Assembly: GCA_002104905.1 (NCBI GenBank)
Contig: MCFE01000597.1
Span: 1 to 54,798 of the forward strand
Length of the DNA: 54,798 bases
Direction: 5' to 3'
From: Basidiobolus meristosporus CBS 931.73
Lineage: Eukaryota; Fungi; Basidiobolomycota
Shown: positions 41,213 through 53,200 of the stretch, piece after piece
How positions within the stretch are numbered: the stretch's first letter is position 1
Layout: each line of letters opens with the position of its first letter
Notes under the pieces: generated by a model
Seen by the model: only the letters and a program-made list of their open reading frames with translations
What the model was told of the DNA's origin: nothing
Database searches by the model: none
Made by a program: the position numbers and the translations under genes

Positions 41213-41511
41213 TGTTGTAAGAATGTTGGAGATATTGAAAGTGACTGGGAGAATAAGTGGAGTATGTGGTTTGCACTTAATAGCTTATTGAGTGTAAAGT
41301 TATACTAATACTTTTACATGGTCTCAGAAAAACAAAAATGTAGAATACATTTTAAAAGTACTCAACAGCATATGTGCAAGGCTGGGGCTGTTTGAAAACT
41401 TTGAGAGTTTTCATATTCTTGGTACATAATATTTTGGTGAGACTATGCTAGGCAAATTTCAATAAGAGATTTGGTCACCATTTTCTCAGACTTACAGGTA
41501 ATGGTCAAAGT
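41213..41511 (-). mobile_element. Diverged Copia LTR, interrupted at 41512
   Basis: Starts TGTTGTAAGAATGTTGGAGATATTG and follows the consensus to ..GGTCAAAGT, where another LTR begins. Confidence 0.8.
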
Positions 41512-42255
41512 TGTTGTAAAAGTTTGCAATCCACCTTAATACTCACCTGGCTTAGTCACTTTGATCATTACCTTCAAATCCTAGAGAATACTGACTAAAA
41601 TCCTTGTCAGGATTTACTCAGAATATTTTAACTAAAATATCAGCTATACAGAATATGAAAGTTAGATATGTTGTCCAAACAGCCCCAAACCTTGCATACA
41701 GGCTTTTGGGACCTTCCAAAACCTATCCTATGTGTTTATTATGCCAAGACCATGTAAAAGTATAAACACTACTTTTACATTTAATAAATCATTAAGTGAA
41801 AACCACATAATCTACTTGTTCTCCCAATCACTTCCAATATCTCCAAGGCTCTTACAACTGGTTATGGGCCCCAAGCTGTCATTCTATACAAATCTCTACT
41901 ACAGCTATTACTGGAACTTTTCTCCCTACTGAAAAGCTGGATGGATTCAGCTATCAAGAGCAGAAGGTGGAGATCAACATGCTGCTACAAAAAAGAGGCC
42001 TTTGGGATATTGTCATGAGAGAAGAATGCCCTCCTAAAAACATCCATGCTTAAGAGCAAAAACGGCAAAGAATGCCTGGAAGGCATTAGAAGACACCTAC
42101 CAGCCATGTTCAGCTGCTAAGAAAGTGTATCTTAGACAAGAATCCTTTACTTCAAATATGCTTCCAGAAATGAAAAATTTAATTAACAGAATCACCCTGC
42201 TGGTGGATGAGACGGAATCTGTGGGCATACCAAATGCTGATGAGGATGTGATAGT
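41512..42255 (+). mobile_element. Copia 5' portion: LTR (41512-41859), PBS (41860-41871) and deleted gag
   Basis: 348-bp LTR, then GGTTATGGGCCC, then gag-like ..EKLDGFSYQEQKVEINMLLQKRGLWDIVM.. and ..NAWKALEDTYQPCSAAKKVYLRQ.. Confidence 0.85.
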
Positions 42256-42723
42256 TGTTGTAAAAATTTGTGATTCCACCTGATTATTCACCCAATTTAG
42301 TCACTTAGATCATTACCTTCAAATCCTAGAGAATACCTACCAAATTCCTTGTTGGGATTTACTTGGAATATTTTCACCAAAATACCAGGAACACAGAACA
42401 TGAAACTTCTCAAGGTTATCCAAACAGTCCCAAACTTTGCACATATGCTCTTGAGACCTTCATTGACCTATTCTACAAGTTTGCTATGCCAAGACCATGT
42501 AAAAGTATAAATACTACTTATACATTCAATAAAACATTAAGTGAAACCATATAATCTGCCTGTTCTCCCCAATCACTCCCAATATCTCCAAGACTCTTAC
42601 AACAGGTTATGAGCCCCAAGCTATCACTCTCTGCCATGTCTACTACTGCTATTGCCGGAACTTTTTCCTCAGCTGAAAAGTTGAATGAAAATAACTACCA
42701 AGTGTGGAAGGGGAAGATGAAGA
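42256..42723 (+). mobile_element. Copia 5' portion: LTR (42256-42604), PBS (42605-42616) and gag start (ATG 42636)
   Basis: 349-bp LTR, then GGTTATGAGCCC, then MSTTAIAGTFSSAEKLNENNYQVWKGKMK, cut by the LTR at 42724. Confidence 0.88.
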
Positions 42724-45700
42724 TGTTGTATGAGTCTTGGAGATATTGGAAGTGATTGGGAGAACAAGTAGATTATGTGGTTTTCACTTAATGATTTATT
42801 GAATGTAAAAGTAGTATTTATACTTTTACCTGGTCTTGGCATTACCAACACGTAAAATAGGTTAAGGAAGGTCCCAAGAACATGTGTGCAAAGTTTGGGG
42901 CTGCTTGGACAACTTTGAGAATTTTCATGTTCTGGGTACCTGGTATTTTGGTGAAAATATTCCAAGTAAATCCCGACAAGGAATTTGGTCAGTATTCTCT
43001 AGGATTTGAAGGTGATGATCTAAGTGACTAAGTTAGGTGAATATATAGGTTGAAATACGAATTTTTACAACACTCCTACTCAGCTAAATGTTCATACTGA
43101 CTAGTCCTAATTTTGACCTAAGATATTCAAACTTGTCTCTAGCTAATGGTTTGGTAAATATGTCTGCAATCATTTCATCTGAAGGACAGTAAACTAAGCC
43201 AACTAAGTTATACTCAATAGCCTCACATATGAGCTGATGTCTAATATCTATGTGCTTAGTTCTTGCATGAGAAGTTGGATTTCTACCTGATTGTATGAAT
43301 TCTTATTATCTTGAAATAAAGTAATAGGTGCTTTTTGACATAGGCCTAAATCTGTAAAAAGCTTTCTTAACCACATTGCTTCCTTTGTTTCTTCACAGGC
43401 TGCCATATACTCTGCCTCTGTGGCAGAAAGTGCTACAGTTGGTTGCTTTCTTGAATTCCATGAAATTGCTCTTTACAGTAAAGAAAGGTGTAACCTGTGG
43501 TGGATCTTCTGTCTTCCAAATTTTGTCACCAATCAGTATCAGAGTATCCCACAACATCCTGTTCTGAATCCTTATAATTGTATCTTAAGCAGATATCAGC
43601 AGTTCCTTTTAGGTATCTAAAAATCCACTTAACTGATGCAATATGATCAGATCCATAATTCTGATTATGTTGGCTGACAACTCCCACTGAATATGAGACA
43701 TCTGGACGTGTTCTAAGCTTGATATACATTATACTGCAAGTCATAGATTGACAAGGAAAGTCAGGGCTTTCAGATGGCACCAAGCTCTCTTGATTTGGTT
43801 GAGTTTTGACCAAGTTGAGATTTGTCTCCATTGGGGTAGCTGCCGGTTTACAGTCTTCCATTTTGTACTTCTTTAGTATATCTTGCATATACTTGGACTG
43901 GCTTAGGGTAATAGTCTGGGTACTTCTGTCTGTGGAGAACTTAATCCCTAAGTAGTGATTGAGTTCTCCTAGATTGGACATCTTGAACTCCTTAGATAGG
44001 CTGGATTTAGTCTCTTCCAATGTTTCTAGGTCATTGGCAGCTATTATAAGCTCATCCACACATAGAGCTAATAGAACTGAATTTGCTCTATCTGGCTTGT
44101 AGTATACACTACAGTCAGCATTACTCCTTTTGAAACGCAAAGATTCCAAATAAGAATCTGTCTTGCAATTCCAGGCTATTGGTGATTATTTGAGACCATA
44201 TAGAGACTTTTTAAGCTTAAAGATCAAATGGGGGTTATCTTGGTCAACAAATCCATCAGGCTGGTCCATATACATGTCTCATCAAGTTTTCCATTCAAAA
44301 ATGCGGCTTTTACATCTATTTGATGAGTAAAAAACTTATATTTGGCTGTAATAGCCAATATTAATCTGATGGAATTAAACTTGGCTACCAGTGCAATGGT
44401 CTGAGTATAGTCAAGTCCTTTTGTTTGAGAGTATCCTTTGGCCACAAGTCTTGCTTTGTATCTTTCAACTGTACCATCAGCCTTGCGTTTTGTCTGGGAG
44501 ACCCATCAGCAACCAATTGAATTTTGGTTGATTGGTAATTTGACAAATTCACAAGTTTGATTCTCCATTAAGGCCTGATATTGCTCAGTCATTGCTGATC
44601 TCCAGAACTTTGTCTGAGGGCTATTTACGGCCTCTTTTACAGTCTGGGGCTCATCAATATGGACTGAACAGGCATAGGCTAAGTTTGTGCCCTCATTGAT
44701 ATAGTAATTTGGGCTATTTCTTGTCCAACTGGATCTCTGGGCATTTAATACTGGATTGATCACTTCTAGGATATTCCTAGGCACTGATTCTGGCTGAACC
44801 ACAGCTGTAGAGTCCTCTGGAGTAAAAAAGGACTCATTGTTTTGCACTGATTCAATCCTGACAATTGGTGGACTTGAGATCAGATTTTTGTCATCATTTG
44901 ATCTCATTTTTTGTGAAAATCTTGAATTTTCATCAAACAACACATTGTTGGACTTGATTAGCTTCTTTGCTTTGGCATTGTAGAGTCTTTATGCTTTACC
45001 CTCATTGCAGTAACTCAAAAATAAGCATTTTACACTTTTTGGCTCAAATTTTGACTGATTTCTGGGCAGTTTCTTGGCATCTGCTGTACACCCATATATT
45101 CTTAGATGTTCAGCACTTGGTCTGTGCCCATACTATGCTTCAAATGAAGTAGCATCACAAAGTACACTGTTATAACTCCTATTTTTAAGGTGTACAGCAG
45201 TGGCAACTGATTCTGCCCAAAATCATAGGATAATTTCTGATTATGGATCATGGATCTTGCCATATCAGTTATTGATCTGTTAGCACATTCTGCTACTCCA
45301 TTTTGCTGTTGGGAGTATGGTACAGTAGTCTCTTGTTTTATCCCATGAATTTTGCAGAAGTGGATGAAAAGTTTTAAGGTATATTCCAAAGCATATTTTC
45401 TTGATTTACTCACAAGTTTCTCTATCCACCATGGCTCTAAGCTCCATGAACTTAGACAGAGCTTCTTCCTTTCTCTCCATGAAGTAAATCTACATGTATC
45501 TTGTATAATCATCAATAAAAGTGATTAAATATTTCATCCCACCTGAGTATAAAGTTAGCATAGGTCCACATAGATCTGACTGAATTAGTTGTAATTATTT
45601 CTTAGTTTTGATTAACCCAGAGCTCTTGAACAATTGTCTGGCTTGTTTCCTATATATGCAGGCCTCACAGTGCTCTAAATTAGCTGAGGGATCAATTTTT

Positions 45701-48127
45701 ACTCAAGAAATTAGCTGATCTTTGATCATTTTGCACAAATAATCAAAATTGATGTGCCTTAATCTCCAGTGCCAAATCTTTGGTGTTTCTTCATTTGAGT
45801 CACTGATATTGGCTTCCAAATATGATGGAATATAAGTCATCTTGTATATATTCTGATCTCTGATACTCAAAGCAATATGGGTACCATTTTGATCAGTGAT
45901 CTTGAATCCAGAATTGTCAAAGCTGAATTAAGTCCTTCTCCAGTAGCCTTGCTTACTGATAGTAGGTTCTGAGCAATTTCTGGTACATGGAGTACTTCTT
46001 TAAAAGTCAGTGTATGGCTTCCTTCACTGCTTCTAAGGTTTACTTGGATAGTTCCTTCTCCCACTACATCAAGTGTTCTATTGTCACCCATGAAGACCTA
46101 CTTGATTGGAATTTCTTGATATTGGGTAAAAAGTTCTGTTTGGAGTGTAAAGTGTTGAGATGCTCCAAAGTCAATATACCACATCTGAGAATCCTTGTTT
46201 GTGATCATATTTAGTGCAGATACTAATAGTCAATCTTTAGTTGTTGCAGCATTTCCATATTCAGACTTTTTGTGCTGATGATCTTTCTGATTGTGACACT
46301 AGTCTGATGTGTGTTGTTTCCTTTTGCAGTAGTTGCAAAACAGGTTGTTGTTACCTTAGTAGGATGTTGGGTACCTCCTTTATTGGCTATCATTGCTTAT
46401 TAAAGCATTTTCTTCTTCCTTCTTATTGGCGCTTGATTTTCTTGATTCTTCATCCAGGAGCCCTCCATATATGTAAATTAAGGACAAATCTTCAGTTCTG
46501 GACTCTAGACTGATACAAGGCCCTGAAACCTCTCTGTCAAGCTATTCAGGATGGTAACTATCACATCCTCATCAGCAGTTGGTACACCCACAACTCCAGT
46601 ACTTCTACCAGCAGGGTAATTCTGTTAGTTTGATTTTTCATTTCTTCTCCTGGCTGTATTTGTGTAGTAAGTTATTCTTGTCTCAGATACATTCACTTAG
46701 CAGCTGTGCCTGACAGGTAGGTGTCTGCTAATCCCTTCCAGGCATTCTTTGCCAATTTTGCTCTTGAGTATAGAATTAGCAATTTGTTGCTAACATTAAG
46801 GCAAATGCAGCTAAAGACACTTTGTTCTTACTTAAGGTACTTTAAGACTTCCTCTCCCATGTTTTTAGAAGGGCATTCTTCTCCCATAACAATATGCCAA
46901 AGGCCTCTTTCTTGTAGCAGCATCTTCATCTTCCCCTTCCACACTTGGTAGTTATATACATCTAACTTTTCAGCAGAGGGAGACATTCCAGTAGTAGCAG
47001 TAGTATACATTGCAGATAGTGATAGCTTGGGGCTCATGACCTGTTGTAAGAGTCTTGGAGATATTGGAAGTGACTGGGAGGACAAGTAGATTATGTGGTT
47101 TTCACTTAATGATTTATTGCATGTAAGAGTAGTATTTATACTTTTACCTGATCTTGGCATTACAAACATGTTGAATAGGTAAAAGAAGGTCCCAAGAACA
47201 TGTACGCAAAGTTTGGGGCTGTTTGGACAACCTTGAGAATTTTCATGTTCTGGGTGCCTGGTATTTTAGTGAAAATAGACTTGTCCCGTTGGATAGGGCC
47301 ACATTGAGCCATGAGTGCCAAATGATGCCATAGTGTGCCAGAGAGGCCAAATGAGCCTCTACCCGGCCACAGAGTGTGAAACATAGCTCTGCATCTTCAT
47401 GTAAAGCAGCCCCTGTGTTTCACCCATTGCGCAGAAGAAAATCCATTTTTTGACCTTTTTTTATGGATCAATGTAGCTCAGGATGTGTTAGAGCACAGGA
47501 GAACTGAAGATATGCATCTGGTACTCAATACCCATGGCATTCTGAATCTAGCTCCTGTAGCTTGTATCATGTCACAAAAATGAATGGCACTATCTTGGTC
47601 CACTGGTACTATCTGGCACTATAGGTGCTTTGTATAGATCTTACTTCAGGGCTAATATTTAAATATAGTGCCAGATAGTACCAGTGGACCATGATAGTGC
47701 CATTCATTTTTGTGACATGATACAAGCTACAGGAGCTAGATTCAGAGTGCCATGGGTATTGAGTACCAGATGCATATCTTCAATCTGCTTGTGCTCTAAC
47801 ACATCCTGCACAACATTGATCCAAAAAAAAAGGTCAAAAAATGGATTTTCTCCAACACAATGGGTGAAACACAGGGGCTGCTTTGCATGAAGATGCGGAG
47901 CTATGTCTCACACTCTGTGGCCAGGTAGAGGCTCATTTGGCCTCTCTGGCTCACTATGGCATCATTTGGCACTCATGGCTCAATGTGGCACTATCCAATG
48001 GAACAAGTCTAATATTCTAAGTAAATCCCAACAAGGAATTTAGTCAGCTTTCTCTAGGATTTGAAGGTAATGATCAAGGTGACTAAGTTAGGTGAATGTT
48101 TAGGCGGAATTACAAATTCTTACAACA
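42724..48127 (-). mobile_element. Two-LTR Ty1/Copia retrotransposon, decayed (gag-PR-IN-RT-RH order), with a foldback element in its 5' LTR
   Basis: 5' LTR 47042-48127 is 349 bp after removing the 734-bp insert and 3-bp TSD. PBS 47030-47041. gag EKLDVYNYQVWKGKMKMLL, zinc knuckle CNYCKRKQHTSD*C (~46300), protease WYIDFGASQH (~46170), GAG-pre-integrase, integrase (QQNGVAECANRS), RT (SKGYSQTKGLDY; LCVDELIIA), RNase H (VVGYSDTDW). PPT GAGTAGGAG at 43073-43081; 3' LTR 42724-43072. Many stops and frameshifts. Confidence 0.92.
47277..48010. mobile_element. 734-bp non-autonomous foldback/MITE-like element: 347-bp inverted arms, 40-bp spacer, 3-bp TSD (AAT)
   Basis: Arms 47277-47623 and 47664-48010 are reverse complements. 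The flanks GTGAAAAT| and |AATATTCTAAG restore the LTR consensus GTGAAAATATTCTAAG with AAT duplicated. Confidence 0.92.
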
Positions 48128-50205
48128 GTGAGATCACTGATCAAAGTGGTGCCCATATTGCTTTGGGTATCAGAGAACAGAATCTATATAAGTTGACTTT
48201 ATTCCATCATACTTGGAAGCCAATATAAGTAACCTGAATGAAGAAACACCAATACTTTGGCACAGGAGATTTGGACACATCAATTTTGAATATTTGCACA
48301 AAATGATCAAAGATCAGCTAATTTCTGGAGAAAAATTGATCCCCCAGCTAATTTGGAGCACTGTGAAGCCTGCATGTATGAAAAGCAAGCCAGACAACTG
48401 TTCAAGAGCTCTGGGTTAATCAAAACTAAGAAAAGACTAGATCTAATTCACTCACATCTGTGTGAACCAATGCAAGTTTTATCCTTATGCAGGATGAAGT
48501 GTTTAATCACTTTTATTGATAATTATGCAAGATACATGTGGGTCTACTTCTTGGAGAGAAAGGAAGAGGCTCTGTCTAAGGTCAGGGAGCTCAAAGCTAT
48601 GATGGCAAGAGAAACTGGTGAAAAAATTAAGAAAATATGCTCTGACAATGGTGGAGAATATACCTCAAAACCTGTCATCCACTTCCACAAAATTCACGGA
48701 ATAAAGCAAGAGACTACTGTACCATACTCCCCACAGCAAAATTCAATAGCAGAATGTGCAAACAGATCAATAGTTGATACAGCAAGATCTATGATCCTTG
48801 ATAAATAGTTATCCTAAGATTTTTGGGCTGAATCAGTTGCCACAGCTGTATATCCTAAAAATAGGAGTTATAGTAGAATACTCTCTGATTCTACTCCATT
48901 TGAAGCATGGCATGGGTACAGACCAAGTGCTGAACATCTAGGAATATTTTGGTGTACCACATATGCCAAGAAACTGCCAAGCAATCAGCCAAAATTTGAG
49001 CCAAAAAGTGTAAAATGCATATTTTTGGGCTGCTACAATGAGAGTAAGGCATACAGACACTACAATACCAAAGCAAAGAAGCTGCTCAAGTCCAGGGATG
49101 TGTTGTTTGATGAAAGCTCAAAATTTTCACAAAAAATGACATCAGACAATGACAAAAATTTGATCTCAATTCCATCAATAGTCAGGATGGAGTCAGAGCA
49201 AAGCAATGAAGACTTTTTCACTTCAGAGGACTCTACAGCTGTGGTTCAGCTAGAATTGATGCCCAGAAATATCACAGAATTGATCATTTAAGTATCAAAT
49301 GCCCTGAGATCCAATTGGACAAGCAAAACAATCAGTCCTTTTTTACTCCAGAGGACTCTACAGCCATGGTTCAGCCAGAATCAGTGCCTAGGAATATCCT
49401 AGAAGTGATCATTCCAGTTTTAAATGCCCAGAGATCCAGTTGGACAAGACATAGCCCAAATTACTATATCAATGATGGAGCACACTTAGCCTATGCCTAA
49501 TCAGTCCATATTGATGAACCCCAGACTGTAAAAGAGGCCCTAAATAGCCCTCAGACAAAGTTTGAGAGACCTGCAATGACTGAAGAATATCAGGCCTGGA
49601 TAGGTAATTAAACTTGGGACTTGGTCTAATTACAAATCAGCCAAATATCAATTGGATGCCAACAGATCTTCAAGACAAAATACAAGGCTGATGGTACAGT
49701 TGAAAGATACAAAGTAGGACTTGTGGCCAAAGGATACTCTCAAACAAAAGGACCTGACTATACTGAGACCTTTGCACCAATAGCCAAGTTTAGTTCCATC
49801 AGATTAATATTTGCTATAGCAGCAAAATATGTGCATTTTATTCATCAAATGGATGTAAAAACTGCACTTTTGAACAGAGACATTAATGAGGCCATCTATA
49901 TGGACCAGCCTGATTGGTTTGCTGACCAAGATAGCCCCCATTTGGCCTGCAAGCTTAAAAGTCTCTATGTGGTCTCAATTAATCACCAAGAGCCTGGAAT
50001 TGCAAGATAGATTCTTATTCGGAATATCCAAGTTTCAAGAGGTGTAAGGCTGACTATGGTATATATTATAAGCTAGAAAGAGCAAATCCAGCTCTATTAG
50101 CTCTATATGTGGATGATCTTATAATAGCTGCCAATAACCTAGTTGCATTTAAAGAGACTAAATGCAGCCTATCTAAGAAGTTCAAGATGTCCAATGTAGA
50201 AGAAC
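48128..50205 (+). mobile_element. Copia pol fragment (GAG-pre-integrase, integrase, RT), same family, interrupted by a Ty3 element
   Basis: LWHRRFGHINF, EHCEACMYEKQ, LDLIHSHLCEPM, SDNGGEYTS, PQQNSIAECANRS, AKGYSQTKGPDY and HQMDVKTALL are present. It is the reverse-complement homologue of 43950-45900 and ends mid-RT at 50205. Confidence 0.9.
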
Positions 50206-53200
50206 TGTCATGATCACATGACAACCATGAACACCCAGGCCAAGTTTCAGCTTCCTAGCTCAATTTCCAAGAGATTCCTTCTGGAGCCTTCTACCACCTT
50301 CCAGAAAGTTCCTGACCATTCCAAACCATTGTTACACAATGGAACATTCCATGGAAGCTTTCCATTGTATTTTTCATAGTCCAGTACCATATATGGAAAT
50401 TCCATGTCACATGACTTAGTCACATGATCAGGTGACCCAATCCATTTCCCCATCCTGTCTCAGTGCTGTGTCATCTATGTCATTATCCCCAGCACCATTG
50501 CAGTGCCTTACCCCACAACCCCATTAGTATTAGCTAATATCTCTTGGCATCAGTATAGCCAAAAGTATAAATAGTCCTATCCCCCCTTAAGTATTCCTCA
50601 GTCTGATAAACACAGGTCTTGAATAAACAGCCTTGCCTTGAATCCTGCCTTGCCTTGATGGTCCACACCTAAGTCCTTTCCTGCCGTGCCTAGCTTTCCC
50701 TCCTGCCTTGTGTCTATTCATAACAGTTTTATCAGACTCTCCTGACTTACCTGTGGATCTCTGGCTTCTGCCCAAAGTTTGAAGAAAACTTGTAAAAGGA
50801 ATACTCACTGTAGGTATCACCCATCATCTTTCCCTAGTCTTGTCCTATAAAGGCAAAGATACTTTATCTTTGTAAAACTATTGGTCAAAGCTGCATTCAC
50901 TTTATTACCCTGCTGGTGGAGTTTACAGTTGTTATAGTATTGGAAGCTTTAGTACAATACTCTATCAAAGGATGTTGAAACCAGTACCTTCTGAAGTGAT
51001 GCTAACTTATTTAAGTTGGGGATTGTGGCCCAATAGTTGTATTCTTGACATACTAGTGGCTTTACAAACCCACAACCTAGTTTAGTATATTCCAGTATTC
51101 CTTGCAAGTTCCTCCGCCTTCCTCTGCTACCATGTCCAACCTAGAGCTGAACTTTGCCCAGCTCATGGCTGCCTTTATCTAACTACAGCAAGACCATGCA
51201 GACCTCACAAACACTCTTGCTCAGTTCCAGAACCAAAGTGTCCAGCAAACTAGCCATGTCCCAGTCTACCAAGAACCCAAGTATACTCCTGCTACCAAGT
51301 TCAATGGCTCTGAGAATGAATTCCGTGGCTTCATCAACATGGTGAAGAACAATCTTGCCCTCCAGCCCAACCGGTACCCCACTGACCAGGCCAAAGTTGG
51401 TTTCATCTCCAACCTGCTTACTGGTACAGCTCTCAAGTGGTTCTCCCCATTAGTGCAGACTAACTCTCCCCTCCTCAGAGACCACCAAGCTTTTTTCACT
51501 GAAATGGAGCTAACATTTGGTAACCTTGACCAAGCCAGAACTGCTGCCAACAAGATCAAGACCCTCAAGCAAGGGAACAAACCGCATCAGTCTATGCCTC
51601 AGAATTCCAACAACTCTCCAGTGACCTCAGCTCCTGGGGTCAAGCAGCCCTGATTAGCCAATTCCAAGATGGCCTCAATGATGAAGTTTGTGATCTGCTA
51701 CTCACACTCCCAGATCCAGATACATTGGTTGAAGCTATGCACCAAGCAATCCGGTGTGATAACAGACTATTCCAGAAGAAGCAAAAGAACCGTCAAAGAC
51801 ACATTCCTGTTGCAGTCCCAGCCCCTCCTGCTCCCCAAGTCACTCCAGAAGATCCCACGCAGATTGATAGTGCCAAATACAAGAAACTATCAAAGAGTGA
51901 AAAGTCCAGACGTCAACTAGCCAACCTCTGTCTATATTGTGGCCTATCAGGTCACTTTGCCAAGTCCTGCCCCAACAAGAAGTCCAGCTTCAAGCTGATG
52001 CAGTCCTCCAGTAACCAACCTGATTCAGATCTGTTGGGAAACTCCAATGTCCAGTTGCACTGACAGGCTTGCAACTGGACCCACCCATGAAAATCCAGCA
52101 TATCCAAGAATCTTCCTTTGCCACAAAATCTATCCAGTCCTTGAGAATGCCTTTCAAAATCCAGATCCCTGACTCCAGTCCTGTTCCAGCCCTAGCCCTG
52201 ATTGATTCCAGTGCTCATCCTGTTTCATTGACCAAGCCTTTGTCCAGAAGCACTCTATTCCTGTTTCCTTGAAATCCTGTCCAGTCCAAGTAGAAGTTAT
52301 TGATGGAAGATCACTCTCCTCTGGTGCCATTACCCATGAAACATGCTTACTCCAGCTGTCCAGTACTGCCCACCAAGAAAGAATTGCCTTCTACATCATC
52401 AACTCACCACACTATCCTATTGTGCTTGGAAGCTCATGGTTGAGCTACCACAATCCAAGTATTGATTGGAAATCCAAAATCCTGTCATTCACCAGATCCC
52501 ACCAAGTCAACTCCATGAAATCTCCAGACCCTGATAACCGTGAAAAGACTGTTGCCAACAGTTCAGCAGCCCAAGATACCTTGCCAGCCAAAGGAGCCCC
52601 CTCAGCAAACATACCAGCCAAGTACCAAGAGTTTGCCCATGTCTTTGACAAGAAGAAAGCAGAACTCCTCCCTGACCATTGGCCTTATGACTGCCCTATT
52701 GACCTTGAAGAGGGAAAAGTCCCTCCATTTGGCCCAATATATAACCTCTCCCAACCAGAGTTGAAAGAACTCCATGGTTATATTAAAGAAAACCTCCAGA
52801 AGGGTTTTATTCAGCACTCCAAATCACCTGCTGGAGCCCCAATCCTCTTTGCCAAGAAGAAGGATGGCACACTCAGAATGTGTGTGGACTACCGTGCTTT
52901 GAATAAGATCACAGTCAAGAGCCGCTACCCCCTGCCCCTGATCAACAAACTGTTGGATCAGCCATCTGCTGCCCAAGTCTTCACCAAGATTGACTTGAGA
53001 GGAGCATACAATCTTTTCAGAATCAAGCCCGGTGATGAATGAAAACTGCCTTTTGCACAAGATATGGTCACTTTGAATACAAAGTAATGCCATTTGGCCT
53101 CACCAATGCCCCTGCTGTGTTTCAACACCTCATGAATGACTTATTCCGTGAATACCTTGACCAGTTTGTGGTAATCTACCTTGATGATATTCTCATATAC

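Noticed and set aside
46160-53042. TpC-context changes (TGG to TGA before A; TCT to TTT) as APOBEC-like editing
   Set aside because: Only about three anecdotal cases; not distinguishable from background without alignments.
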